Of a DNA stretch of 64,000 bases, positions 17,218 to 26,286 are shown piece after piece (positions within the stretch are counted from its first letter, which is position 1; each line of letters starts with the position of its first letter). Below the pieces are notes generated by a model, which was given only the letters and a program-made list of their open reading frames with translations, made no database searches and had not been told where the DNA came from. This DNA comes from Candidatus Woesearchaeota archaeon (GTDB lineage Archaea; Nanobdellota; Nanobdellia; Woesearchaeales; GW2011-AR4): contig JACPBQ010000004.1 in assembly GCA_016180235.1 (NCBI GenBank), forward strand, positions 175,674 to 239,673, written 5' to 3'. The position numbers and the translations under genes were made by a program.

Positions 17218-17916
17218 ATGGGAGCATTAACAATGGGATTTTTATTTGTTGCTGTATTATCTTTGCTTTCCAATATTGCTATCGCCGCCACAATTTATGG
17301 CAATATCTATGACCTGTCGCTGGACAAAGTTTCCGGCGCAAGGGTTGCTGTCAATACAAGCCCGGAGCAGTTTCTAGTGTCCAAGGATGGAGGCTATTCT
17401 TTTGATGTTCCAAACGGGTTCTATGCAATAAAAGCAGAGCTTGAGCAAAATGGAATTAAAGCTTTAGAGGGCAGGAATATCTCTGTAAGCCAGGAAGGAA
17501 GATATATTATAGACCTTATTTTGTTTCCAAGTTTTGAAGAAGAGGATGATATTTCAAAAACGCCGGAGCTGAGCTTTCCTGAAGCAGAAAACGGGAGATT
17601 TGTGCCATTAATCATTATACTGTCCCTTATCATGCTTGCTGCAGCAGTATTTGTCATTTTCAAAGGCAAAAAAGAAAGAGATAAGAAGGCACATATTGAA
17701 GAAAAAAGTCCGAAAGATGACGAATCAGATTTGGATGGGGTTGTTGGGATAATAAGAAAAGAAGGCGGAAGAACAACCCAAAAAGAGATAAGGAAGCAAA
17801 TCCCGCTTTCTGAGGCAAAGATAAGCCTGATGATAGCTGAGCTTGAGCACAAGGGCATTATCAAGAAAATCAAGAAGGGAAGGGGAAATATTATAGTTTT
17901 GGAGAAGAAAGAATAG
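17218..17916 (+). CDS. Membrane-anchored protein with a C-terminal winged-helix domain (COG2512-like)
   Basis: N-terminal TM, central TM (PLIIILSLIMLAAAVFVIF), C-terminal wHTH IRKEGGRTTQKEIRKQIPLSEAKISLMIAELEHKGIIKK. Confidence 0.6.
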   Translation: MGALTMGFLFVAVLSLLSNIAIAATIYGNIYDLSLDKVSGARVAVNTSPEQFLVSKDGGYSFDVPNGFYAIKAELEQNGIKALEGRNISVSQEGRYIIDLILFPSFEEEDDISKTPELSFPEAENGRFVPLIIILSLIMLAAAVFVIFKGKKERDKKAHIEEKSPKDDESDLDGVVGIIRKEGGRTTQKEIRKQIPLSEAKISLMIAELEHKGIIKKIKKGRGNIIVLEKKE

Positions 17917-17969
17917 AAATCAAAAACCTTATAAATCTGAGTCATTTAAGCCTGTCAGGGGTGTGGTAG

Positions 17970-18758
17970 ATGTCTGCTGAAAAAGAGATAGTTAATTTCT
18001 GGCTTAACAGGAAAGGATATTTTACTTTGAGCAATATTAAGAGCCGCAACAAGGATATTGGAATTCTTGCATTGAAGTTTGACAAAGGAAGCTTAAACAA
18101 GATAATGCATGTTGAGGTATGCTGCTCAATAACAGGCTTCATAGACCAAAACCACATTTTTGAGAAGATCATATTTGAAAAATTCAGTGACAGGAATATC
18201 ACGGATGCAATAAACGCATATGCAAAAAATATAGGCAGGGAAGCGAATATAGAAAATGCCATTGTGCTCAATTCATTGCCAAAAGGGAAAGATGCTGTAA
18301 TAAAAAAGCTTGAGAAGAACAATATTGCATTATTTGAGTTTGAGGATATTCTTTCTGATGTTATGAAAGGGCTAAAAACGGAATACTTCAAGGATGATGT
18401 TGTGAGGACGCTGCAGCTTGTAAAGTTTCTGCTTATGGCAAATCCCGGAAAATTTGTTGATATCTTATATTCCGATTTAAGCCCTGCAAAAAGAAGGGAA
18501 TTTATTGCTGAATTGCTTGGCAGGGATGATGTGATAAAGGAATTCAAAAAGACGAATCAAGAGAGGCTTGCAATTATACTGAAGCAGGCAATGATCAAGC
18601 CTGAGAGGCTTGCAGAGATGCTCGAGAAGGACATCCTGAATAAAAGCACCAGGAAGCCTTTCATCGCTTCATTGATTAAGCAGGAAAAAACAGGAAAAGC
18701 CTACAAGAAAAGGATAGCAATCAAAAAGGAAGCTACACTGAATAAATTTTTTGCATAA
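17970..18758 (+). CDS. Hypothetical protein, possibly with an N-terminal PD-(D/E)xK nuclease-like fold
   Basis: IVNFWLNRKGYFTL...KDIGILALKF...MHVEVCCS resembles D...E-x-K nuclease cores. Weak. Confidence 0.4.
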   Translation: MSAEKEIVNFWLNRKGYFTLSNIKSRNKDIGILALKFDKGSLNKIMHVEVCCSITGFIDQNHIFEKIIFEKFSDRNITDAINAYAKNIGREANIENAIVLNSLPKGKDAVIKKLEKNNIALFEFEDILSDVMKGLKTEYFKDDVVRTLQLVKFLLMANPGKFVDILYSDLSPAKRREFIAELLGRDDVIKEFKKTNQERLAIILKQAMIKPERLAEMLEKDILNKSTRKPFIASLIKQEKTGKAYKKRIAIKKEATLNKFFA

Positions 18759-18765
18759 GAAAATG

Positions 18766-19320
18766 AACCTCCCCGCACTAAAGTGCGGGGTATCTAAGCA
18801 AAGGAAGTAACTTTCCTTTGTTGAACAAAATTCCAGCTTCCCTGAGATTGGGAGATATAGTGCTGAATTACATCGGCAGTAACATTTCCGACTGAGCGGA
18901 AAAACTTCCCAGGACTCCAGAAATGGCCTTTGCGGAAATGCCTGCGAAGCCAAGGGTGCTTTTTCAGCAAAGCATATGAAGTGTAGCCCTTCAAAAGCTG
19001 GAGAGCTTTTGAAACTGCCATCGTATGCGGAATGTCGCAGAACAAATGCACATGGTCCGGCTGGACGTTAAGCTCATAAATTTCGAAATTGTGGCGTTCG
19101 CAAACTTCGCGTATGAAGTTTTCGACGTCGCATCGCACGCCAAAGAATTTCATCGGGTCTTTGGCGTATTTAGGCTTCCACACGAAGTGGAAGCAGTTTT
19201 GGCCAACTGAATGGCTGAAATGTTTTATGCCTTTCATTTTCGTTGCTCCGTGCAACGAAAGCTAGCGCTAAAACGATTGGAGTTTGAGCGTGCCGAAATT
19301 TTCGCTGCACGCTCAAATTT
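18766..19320. mobile_element. IS200/IS605-family element (tnpA only) with subterminal hairpins
   Basis: The Y1 transposase gene is flanked by CCCCGCAC-TAAA-GTGCGGGG (18771-18790) on one side. The other side has TTTCGTTGC-TCCGT-GCAACGAAA (19238-19260) and TTTGAGCGTGC-13 nt-GCACGCTCAAA (19283-19317). Confidence 0.65.
18794..19237 (-). CDS. tnpA: IS200/IS605-family Y1 (HUH) transposase TnpA / RAYT-like
   Basis: HUH motif DHVHLF, C-terminal Tyr helix VIQHYISQ, ~147 aa. ATG at 19237 preferred. Confidence 0.8.
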   Translation of the reverse strand: MKGIKHFSHSVGQNCFHFVWKPKYAKDPMKFFGVRCDVENFIREVCERHNFEIYELNVQPDHVHLFCDIPHTMAVSKALQLLKGYTSYALLKKHPWLRRHFRKGHFWSPGKFFRSVGNVTADVIQHYISQSQGSWNFVQQRKVTSFA

Positions 19321-19397
19321 TTATTAATAAGGATAGAAATAATTTACGGAGGTAAAGGTGCCATTTGGGCTAAAGCCCAAAGTACCCTTTGAATGTA

Positions 19398-19589
19398 ATG
19401 GATAAAAACCAATCTTTAATGCTGGCAGCTGCTGTTTTTGGTATTGTTGCTTTGCTGCACTTGCTGAGGGCAGTTTTGGGCTGGGATTTAAGGATTGCAG
19501 GCTGGCACGTGCCTGTTTGGCTGAGCTATATAGCTGTTGTTGTTGCTGGCTATCTGTCATGGCATATGTATAATGCAGGCAAGAGATAG
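19398..19589 (+). CDS. Small two-TM membrane protein
   Basis: LMLAAAVFGIVALLHLL and WLSYIAVVVAGYLSW helices. Visibly more GC-rich than its neighbours; next to the IS element. Confidence 0.4.
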   Translation: MDKNQSLMLAAAVFGIVALLHLLRAVLGWDLRIAGWHVPVWLSYIAVVVAGYLSWHMYNAGKR

Positions 19590-20003
19590 TTATTTTTTAG
19601 TTAGTTTAACCATTTCCAAGGCAGCCTTAACGGCCCTTTCAGCGTATTCTTCTGCCCTTTCTTCTGCCTGCTTCCATGTAACTCTTGGACCGATTATTCC
19701 CATGCCGACAGGCTTCTTATACTGCAAAGAAAGATCCATAAGTTTAGGCACAATAGCGTCCATAATCAGGATATCATGATATGTCGAGCCCTGTATAACG
19801 GCGCCTAAAGCCACAATAGCATCAGCTTTGCCTTTTTCAAGGATATTTTTCACAGCAAACGGAATCTCAAAAGCTCCAGGAACATAAACTTTTTTTATTA
19901 TTTCCGCTCCATGGTTTTTTGCGGCTTTTTCAGCAGCTTTTTCCATTACAGAGGTTATTTCATCATTAAATCCTGAAACAACAATGACCAGTTTAGTTTT
20001 CAT
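19590..20003 (-). CDS. ribH: 6,7-dimethyl-8-ribityllumazine synthase
   Basis: VPGAFEIPFAVK, ALGAVIQGSTYH, 137 aa. Confidence 0.9.
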   Translation of the reverse strand: MKTKLVIVVSGFNDEITSVMEKAAEKAAKNHGAEIIKKVYVPGAFEIPFAVKNILEKGKADAIVALGAVIQGSTYHDILIMDAIVPKLMDLSLQYKKPVGMGIIGPRVTWKQAEERAEEYAERAVKAALEMVKLTKK

Positions 20004-20067
20004 TTTTAGAGGCTTTTATAGTTTTTAGGTTATTATGGTTTTTCTAATGTTATTGCTTATGATGGCA

Positions 20068-20535
20068 TTATTTTGTTTTTACCGGGCCTTCATCTTCCTT
20101 GCCCTGCCTTTTTCCCATGCCTGCATATTTTGACAGGGCTTCGCTGCCTTTCAGCAATTCTATGGCATTCAAGGCGTGCTTTTCTGTCCTGTTTTTTGCT
20201 ATTTGATACAGCCCCCTATCATCATTTGTTTCGTCAGCATGGACAAATACTTCCATGATATGCTTATTTGCCATCAACTGGCACCATTGCAGCCCTAAAG
20301 AGGCTTCATGAGAGCATTGCTTGTCAATTGGCTTCGGTCCTGCCATTCCCAGAGCTATTACGATATCGCAATTATATTTTTCGAACAGAATTTTGCATGC
20401 CACCGGCAAATCCTTCATTCCCGGGACAGTGTAGCGCTCTATCTGATGCTTAGAGTTTTTTTTAATGGTGCCTATTGCAAATTCCGCCATATTTATCCTT
20501 GAAAAGGTCGTGTCTGCGACGCCGATTTTTGCCAT
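20068..20535 (-). CDS. ribC: Archaeal-type riboflavin synthase
   Basis: IGVADTTFSRINMA...VPGMKDLPVACK...ALGMAGP...CSHEASLGL...IEVFVHADE closely parallels the Methanocaldococcus enzyme as I recall it. Confidence 0.85.
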   Translation of the reverse strand: MAKIGVADTTFSRINMAEFAIGTIKKNSKHQIERYTVPGMKDLPVACKILFEKYNCDIVIALGMAGPKPIDKQCSHEASLGLQWCQLMANKHIMEVFVHADETNDDRGLYQIAKNRTEKHALNAIELLKGSEALSKYAGMGKRQGKEDEGPVKTK

Positions 20536-20537
20536 TT

Positions 20538-20915
20538 CTATGATCCTATTGTTATTTTATCCCCGTCCTTCAGGCTTAATTTTTTCCTTAGACTAAATTC
20601 TGAGATTATCTCGACAATTTCAGGGCCGTATCTTGTGAATTCCGGAACAACTATTGCGCACTGAATCTGGTTTATCGTGCATGGGTGGCATTTTACCCCC
20701 CCGAATCTTTTTGTCCCTTTAATGAAACCTTCGATTTTTATCAAACCCAATGAACCGGTGAATTTTTTTGCCTGCTGCCCATCTACTCTGAGGTTGAGGG
20801 TCCCTCTGAAAGGGGTAAAGCCGAGATTTTTTTCCATTGCGGCAATGTACGGCCCTAAAGACATGAAAAAGGCCCCGTCCCCAACGCCAGTGCACACTAT
20901 GCCGTGTAAAACCAT
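20538..20915 (-). CDS. ribK: CTP-dependent riboflavin kinase
   Basis: GVGDGAFFMSL, PFRGTLNLRV, VPEFTRYGPEIVEIISEFSLRKKLSLKDGDKITI. Confidence 0.8.
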   Translation of the reverse strand: MVLHGIVCTGVGDGAFFMSLGPYIAAMEKNLGFTPFRGTLNLRVDGQQAKKFTGSLGLIKIEGFIKGTKRFGGVKCHPCTINQIQCAIVVPEFTRYGPEIVEIISEFSLRKKLSLKDGDKITIGS

Positions 20916-21021
20916 CTTACCAGCCTCATATAATCTGGAATGATAATTTTGCTTATAAAGGTTATGCAGGAGAATATTGGGGAAAAGTATTTATACTTTC
21001 AATGCAGAGAGATTAACGACA

Positions 21022-21492
21022 ATGTTTTACGATGCTAGAAAGACTGGTTCTGGACTTTCGGAAAAATTAGTATCTTCGGGAACAAAAGGCATAGCATTGG
21101 TTGTTGATGATGAAGGTTGCAGTGCTACTGCTATGAAGCTGTTGCTAACGAGAGAAGGCTACGAAAGCATAGTTTATGGCAATTTTACTGATGCAGCAAG
21201 ATATATAGACAGAGAAGGCAGAAAAAGGGATAGCAGAGTAGTAATGGCTTTTGTAGATTTTCAGCTTCCTGATGGAGACGGAAGCGAGATTATAAAGATG
21301 GTGAAAGAAACATTGGATATTCCGGTCATTTCCATTTCAGGACTTGCCTATGCCCAGCAGCACTTTTCTGACCCAATGAAAAAGGCAGATTTAATTTCTC
21401 CTAAACCAATAATGCCAGCGACTCTAAGAAAAGTAATAAAAGATGCTGAAATTATTTATAAAGACCGATTTGAAGTTGATAAAGCTGCTTAA
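21022..21492 (+). CDS. Orphan response-regulator receiver (CheY-like) domain protein
   Basis: LVVDDE...VDFQLPDGDGSEII...PVISISG pattern. The track start at 20977 is TTG; ATG at 21022. Confidence 0.7.
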   Translation: MFYDARKTGSGLSEKLVSSGTKGIALVVDDEGCSATAMKLLLTREGYESIVYGNFTDAARYIDREGRKRDSRVVMAFVDFQLPDGDGSEIIKMVKETLDIPVISISGLAYAQQHFSDPMKKADLISPKPIMPATLRKVIKDAEIIYKDRFEVDKAA

Positions 21493-21496
21493 TCAC

Positions 21497-21931
21497 TTAT
21501 TTAATCAGCACCTTATAACTAAGATTTAATTTCTTTCCCGTCCTGATGTCTTTTGCAAGGACTTTCTTGGCCATGCCGATTATTTTTACATCATCCCCCC
21601 TATATTTTATGATGTCGCCTTTTTTGAAACCTGGCATTTTAAAAAGCAGGTTTACCCTGTAAACGTCCCTGCTTGTCATCCTATTGCGGGTATGCAGCCT
21701 CCTGCTGACTTCAAGATGCCCGGAAAACCTTTCCTGCAGCCTATTCCCAAGAGTCCTGAGGAACCTCTGGGAAGATATGTAAAAGTCGATGCCGTTATTG
21801 GTTTTTTTTGCTTTTGCTATGAACACATTTCCTTTTTGGCTTACCTCTTTTTCTATGAAATCCAGGACTTCGTCATTAGGGTTCCTTACCTGCAAAATCC
21901 CCTCAAAATACTCGTTATGCTTTGCTTCCAT
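21497..21931 (-). CDS. NMD3-family protein (short archaeal form)
   Basis: YFEGILQVRNP...IDFYISS...RRLHTRNRMTSRDVYR resembles the NMD3 core. Confidence 0.55.
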   Translation of the reverse strand: MEAKHNEYFEGILQVRNPNDEVLDFIEKEVSQKGNVFIAKAKKTNNGIDFYISSQRFLRTLGNRLQERFSGHLEVSRRLHTRNRMTSRDVYRVNLLFKMPGFKKGDIIKYRGDDVKIIGMAKKVLAKDIRTGKKLNLSYKVLIK

Positions 21932-22050
21932 TTTTTATTCACTACAACAATTTGAACAGAATTATTTTCCTAATCTTATTAATTTATTGATTTTTTACTT
22001 AATCTATCAAAAACAAAAGCTTTTTATGTTATTGTGTAGTTTTTTGGGGT

Positions 22051-22659
22051 ATGGGCAAAAGGGAAACAAAGAATGCTTTAAAGAAAATATGGCACTTCAT
22101 CTGGGAAGACAACAGCATATGGAGCTGGATTGTCAACATCATCCTGGCTTTTGTTCTCATCAAATTCATAGTTTATCCTGTTCTGGGATTGACATTGGCT
22201 ACGAGCCATCCGGTTGTTGCGGTCGTGAGCGGCAGCATGGAGCATAACGGGATGGATTTTGAGCAATGGTGGGAGAAAAACAAGGAATGGTATGTAAAGA
22301 ATGGGATTGACAAGACGGATTTTGAGCAATTTTCCCTGAAGAACGGCTTCAACAAAGGAGATATAATGGTCCTGGCTGGAAAGGATGCAGGAAATATCAA
22401 CATAGGGGATGTCATAGTCTTTGTCGAAGGCAGGAAAGACCCGATAATACACCGAGTCGTGAAAAAATACAGCAAAGATGAAATTATTCGCTTCCAGACA
22501 AAAGGGGACAATAACAAGGATTCCATAAAAACGCAGCAGCTTGACGAGACGAACATAGACGGAAATGAGATAATAGGGAAGGCTGTTTTGAGGATTCCGC
22601 TGCTGGGATACATAAAGATAGGCTTTGTGGAAATGCTCAGGCTGCTAAGTTCACAATGA
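22051..22659 (+). CDS. Signal peptidase I, archaeal/ER (Sec11/S26B) type
   Basis: TM helix followed by the catalytic box VVSGSMEH, then GDVIVF and IIHRVV. Confidence 0.8.
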   Translation: MGKRETKNALKKIWHFIWEDNSIWSWIVNIILAFVLIKFIVYPVLGLTLATSHPVVAVVSGSMEHNGMDFEQWWEKNKEWYVKNGIDKTDFEQFSLKNGFNKGDIMVLAGKDAGNINIGDVIVFVEGRKDPIIHRVVKKYSKDEIIRFQTKGDNNKDSIKTQQLDETNIDGNEIIGKAVLRIPLLGYIKIGFVEMLRLLSSQ

Positions 22660-22696
22660 AAAGATTATTAAATGGGCATTAAAAGTTTAATATAAC

Positions 22697-23011
22697 ATGT
22701 TCTGCCAGAAATGCGGCTCGGTACTGCTGCCAAAGAAGGAAGGCAGCAAAAGAATTCTTGTATGCAGCTGCGGCTATAAGTCTTCTGGAGCGGAAAAAAC
22801 GAAGATAACCGAGACGATAAACAAGAAATCGAAAGAGGTCGAGGTCATTGAAAAGGAGATAGAGACGCTGCCAAAGACAAAAGTTGAATGCCCGAAATGC
22901 GGCCATAAGGAAGCATTTTTCTGGACGATGCAGACAAGAGCGGGAGACGAGCCTGAAACAAAATTCCACAAGTGCGTCAAATGCAGGCATACGTGGAGAG
23001 ATTATGACTAA
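22697..23011 (+). CDS. tfs: Transcription factor S (TFS / RpoM)
   Basis: N-terminal Zn ribbon CQKCGS...CSCG. C-terminal CPKCGHKEAFFWTMQTRAGDEPETKFHKCVKCRHTW carries the acidic DE loop. Confidence 0.9.
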   Translation: MFCQKCGSVLLPKKEGSKRILVCSCGYKSSGAEKTKITETINKKSKEVEVIEKEIETLPKTKVECPKCGHKEAFFWTMQTRAGDEPETKFHKCVKCRHTWRDYD

Positions 23012-23634
23012 GAAGGCGCTGGGTCTATCCTTGCTTCCCTTGTTTTGCAGTCGATGGTTATTTTTACATGATAAAGAATTTCTCCATTAGAAACGTCATT
23101 TCCTGATTTAACCTGCTCAATAAAAAACTCCGCAGGAGATTTGGTGTATAAAACCCTAGTTGCTGTGATTATTCCCTTATCTTCGGTCCTTTTGTAAGCA
23201 TCAACTTGCACTCCATTTAAGTATGAATTAATTTCTACAAATGGGTCTGGTGTAATTTCGCACGTAGAAAGACTAACACAATGTTCGGCGTATGTTTTAG
23301 AAGATTTCGATTGGCTTGCTGATCCTTTAACCCAAAGCCGGGCTATATCCACAACAACTCCAGGTTCTTTCCCAGAATTTGAGTTCTTTATCAATGATTC
23401 GAGCTCTTTTGAATTCTGATTTCCTACAGCATCATAGATGACATCCTGAATTCCAACCTGTAGGCAGTTTCTTATCATTTTGGCATGAAAGTATAAATCA
23501 CCATCAGGAACTTCTCCTCTTAGCTGAGCATCAAAGCTACGCCTAAGAAAATCTCTCGCGTTCTGAGGAATAGCCAAATTGACATACCATTGCCCGATTC
23601 TTTCATAGCTTTCAGGCACCGGTTTGTTTTCCAT
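23008..23634 (-). CDS. Hypothetical protein
   Basis: 208-aa ORF with no motif recognised. Its 3' end overlaps the tfs stop by 4 nt. Confidence 0.45.
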   Translation of the reverse strand: MENKPVPESYERIGQWYVNLAIPQNARDFLRRSFDAQLRGEVPDGDLYFHAKMIRNCLQVGIQDVIYDAVGNQNSKELESLIKNSNSGKEPGVVVDIARLWVKGSASQSKSSKTYAEHCVSLSTCEITPDPFVEINSYLNGVQVDAYKRTEDKGIITATRVLYTKSPAEFFIEQVKSGNDVSNGEILYHVKITIDCKTREARIDPAPS

Positions 23635-23659
23635 TTTAACTATTATTTAGTAGTGATAT

Positions 23660-23926
23660 ATGTATATAAACCTTTCTGTTTTTAAGATATATATGCAACT
23701 GCCGGAAAAAACCTTTAAAGTCCTTATAAGGCCAAATTCCCCTAAAAATGAGATTATAGGATATGATGATGATAAAAAAGTGTATAAAATAAACATAAAA
23801 GAAAAGGCTGAGGAAAACAAGGCAAACAAAGAACTGATAAAATTCTTATCCAAAGAGCTGGGGAAAAGGGTAAAAATCAAATCCGGCTTAAGGTCAAGGG
23901 AAAAAATAATTGAAATTATGGGCTAA
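23660..23926 (+). CDS. DUF167 (YggU-like) protein
   Basis: VLIRPNSPKNEI...YKINIKEKAEENKANKELIKFLSKELG...IKSGLRSREKII. Confidence 0.7.
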   Translation: MYINLSVFKIYMQLPEKTFKVLIRPNSPKNEIIGYDDDKKVYKINIKEKAEENKANKELIKFLSKELGKRVKIKSGLRSREKIIEIMG

Positions 23927-23986
23927 ATAATAAACATTTAAATATAATATTCAAAATATTATGTCAAAAAGAGGTGTATTCGGTTA

Positions 23987-25270
23987 ATGAGTCTGCTTAA
24001 TTTAATTGTTATTTCTGGAATTTTCGGCAAAAAGGATGATGAGCTAGACATATTGCCGCCTCCGCCGCCCTTTCCGCATATAGGGGAGAAAGAAAAGGAG
24101 ATGGCAGAACGGGAAAAAAACAGGAAAGCAGAGGAGAAAAGGAAAGAGGAGCAGGAAAGGCTGCGCTTAAAGGAGGAAAAACAAAAGCAGAAGGAGCTGG
24201 AGAGAAAAAACCTGGAAAAGATAAGGGTGGAGGAAGAAAAGGAGAGGATGAAAAACCAGGAAAGGAAAAAACTTGAGGAGCAGAAGAAAAAAGCGCAGGA
24301 AGAGAAAATAAGGCAGAAGAAACTCGAGAAGAAAAAGAAGGAAGAGGAGAAAAACAGGAAAGCATTGGAAAATAAAAAGAGAGAAGAAGAGATAAAGAGG
24401 AAAAACAAAAAGCTGATGAAGCAAAGGGTACAAAAAGCCAAGGAAAAAGCATTCCATTTCCTGAATATTGTGGGGCTTTCAAAAACAGAAAAAGAGAAAG
24501 CTGATCATCACAGGCAAAGAAAAGAATATCTTGATCTAAGGAAAAATGCAGAGAAAATACATGCAGAGGAAGCGAGACTGATGGAGCTTGAAAGGAAAAA
24601 ACAGGCTAAGATTGCGGATAAAAAGGAAAAAGGCATCAAAAAGAAAAAGGATTTTGAAATTGAGGAAAAACCAGAGATTGAGCAGATTGGGGGAAAGGCA
24701 GAAAGAACATGGCTTGAAGAAAAACCGGCATTTAAGGTAAAGAAGAAGTCGATTTTCAGAAAAATTTTCATGGGAAAGGACGAGGAGCTCGAAAAAGAGC
24801 TTGAAGAGCTCGATAAAGTTGGAGCAGAGCCTTTAGAGAGCATCGAGGAGCCAAAAATCATGGAGCCCGAGGAGTCCGAAAAAGCCCCGGGAGAAATAGA
24901 AAAGCCGCATGATGCTGCAGGAGCGGAAGAGGAAATACAAAAGGCCATAGAGGGTATAAAGAAAAAAGAGAAGAAGCCGTCAATACTCGGCAGATTATTT
25001 GAGAAAAAGGAGGTTAAAGAGCAGGCAATGGAGACTCCTGATGTAATGCCGAGCTTTGAGGAAGTTGCGGATGAAGTTGAGCTTGTGGAGGAAAAGATAC
25101 ACAAGGCAAGGCTGGCTTTGATGGATTTCAAGTTTGATGATGCAAAAAGGATCTATATTGATATCATGAAAATTTATAGCGGAATGGACGCCAAGAAAAA
25201 AGCCAGGGTTTATCCTGACATAAAAGACCTGTATTACGAGAGGAAGTCTGCTGAGAAATACGCGAAATAG
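23987..25270 (+). CDS. Lys/Glu-rich low-complexity protein with an N-terminal proline motif
   Basis: GIFGKKDDELDILPPPPPFP followed by ~150 aa of E/K/R repeats and a helical C-terminal module. Confidence 0.55.
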   Translation: MSLLNLIVISGIFGKKDDELDILPPPPPFPHIGEKEKEMAEREKNRKAEEKRKEEQERLRLKEEKQKQKELERKNLEKIRVEEEKERMKNQERKKLEEQKKKAQEEKIRQKKLEKKKKEEEKNRKALENKKREEEIKRKNKKLMKQRVQKAKEKAFHFLNIVGLSKTEKEKADHHRQRKEYLDLRKNAEKIHAEEARLMELERKKQAKIADKKEKGIKKKKDFEIEEKPEIEQIGGKAERTWLEEKPAFKVKKKSIFRKIFMGKDEELEKELEELDKVGAEPLESIEEPKIMEPEESEKAPGEIEKPHDAAGAEEEIQKAIEGIKKKEKKPSILGRLFEKKEVKEQAMETPDVMPSFEEVADEVELVEEKIHKARLALMDFKFDDAKRIYIDIMKIYSGMDAKKKARVYPDIKDLYYERKSAEKYAK

Positions 25271-25330
25271 ATTATTTCTGTTTTTAGGCATTCCATAAAA
25301 TTAATAAACAAACCGAATTCCTTGACATCC

Positions 25331-25948
25331 ATGGCTAAAGGCTTGTTTATAGTCCTGGACGGAATGGACGGCAGCGGCAAGAGCGAGATGGTAAAACTGC
25401 TGCACAACTACCTTTTTTCAAAAAGCAAAAGCTACAGGATACTGACAACAAGGGAGCCTACAAGCGGCAGATACGGCAAAGAGATAAGGAAAATCCTTGC
25501 ATCAGACAAGGATCCCAAAGATAATGCGGAAAAGCTGCTTGGGCTTTTCATCAAAGACAGGGAAGAGCATGTAAACGATACAATAATGCCTTTCCTAAAA
25601 AAAACAAATGGGGATATAAATATCGTAATATGTGACAGGTATTATTATTCCACAATTGCTTTCCAGGCTGCCCAGGGATTAGACATGAAAATGCTCATTG
25701 AGAAAAACAAAAAATTCCCGCAGCCGGATATAGCCTTTATCATGGACCTGGAGCCCGAGACTGCGCTGGAAAGGATAAAAAATAGAAAAAAGGAGAAATT
25801 TGAATATATGGGCTTCATGGAAAATCTGAGGAAAAGGTTCCTGGAGCTGCCAAAAGTCCTGAAAGATAATATAAAGATTGTAGATGCATCTAAAGACGCC
25901 AATGGAGTCTTTGAAGAAATAACAAAGGAAATTGCTAAAATGCTCTAA
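25331..25948 (+). CDS. tmk: Thymidylate kinase
   Basis: P-loop VLDGMDGSGKSE, TREPT, DRYYYST. Confidence 0.85.
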   Translation: MAKGLFIVLDGMDGSGKSEMVKLLHNYLFSKSKSYRILTTREPTSGRYGKEIRKILASDKDPKDNAEKLLGLFIKDREEHVNDTIMPFLKKTNGDINIVICDRYYYSTIAFQAAQGLDMKMLIEKNKKFPQPDIAFIMDLEPETALERIKNRKKEKFEYMGFMENLRKRFLELPKVLKDNIKIVDASKDANGVFEEITKEIAKML

Positions 25949-26286
25949 GGCATCCTCAAATGATTTTTCTGCTCAGCAGGAATTTCTGCGTTGGAATTTT
26001 TTCTTAATGGAGATTTGCCGAACCTTATTATTGCCGCTGCTATGATTATTGCTATGCCGACTATCATGGACGGCACTATCAGGTTATTTTTCACTATGGT
26101 CTTCTCTATTGTCGGCAATTCGTGGCATGCGAAATCGCTCCCGCAATATTGTGCAGAGCCGCATTGGGAATTTGACCTGCATTCCCTTGAGCCGACATTA
26201 ATCAGCCATCCAAGAAACACTATGATTATCAAAGTAACCAGGATTACGGTTATAGCCTCGGATTTCCTGCTTTTCAGAAGTTTCAT
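25945..26286 (-). CDS. Membrane protein with a Cys-rich extracytoplasmic segment
   Basis: Two TM helices flank SRECRSNSQCGSAQYCGSDFACH. Confidence 0.45.
   Translation of the reverse strand: MKLLKSRKSEAITVILVTLIIIVFLGWLINVGSRECRSNSQCGSAQYCGSDFACHELPTIEKTIVKNNLIVPSMIVGIAIIIAAAIIRFGKSPLRKNSNAEIPAEQKNHLRMP

Noticed and set aside
24100-24450. Periodic GAA/AAG/GAG-rich DNA as a possible tandem repeat or CRISPR-like array
   Set aside because: There are no discrete repeat-spacer units. The periodicity is codon-level (E/K/R coding) inside one continuous ORF. No cas genes or direct-repeat arrays are present anywhere in the window.
23959-25291. Long antisense ORFs (23959..24441, 24009..24482, 24167..24457, 24508..25131, 24995..25291) opposite the Lys/Glu-rich gene
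   Set aside because: They are mirror images of GAA/AAG-rich coding sequence (Phe/Ser/Leu-rich low complexity). The same applies to 15484..15855, 16549..17004, 40308..40802 and 59593..60249 opposite acidic or charged tails.
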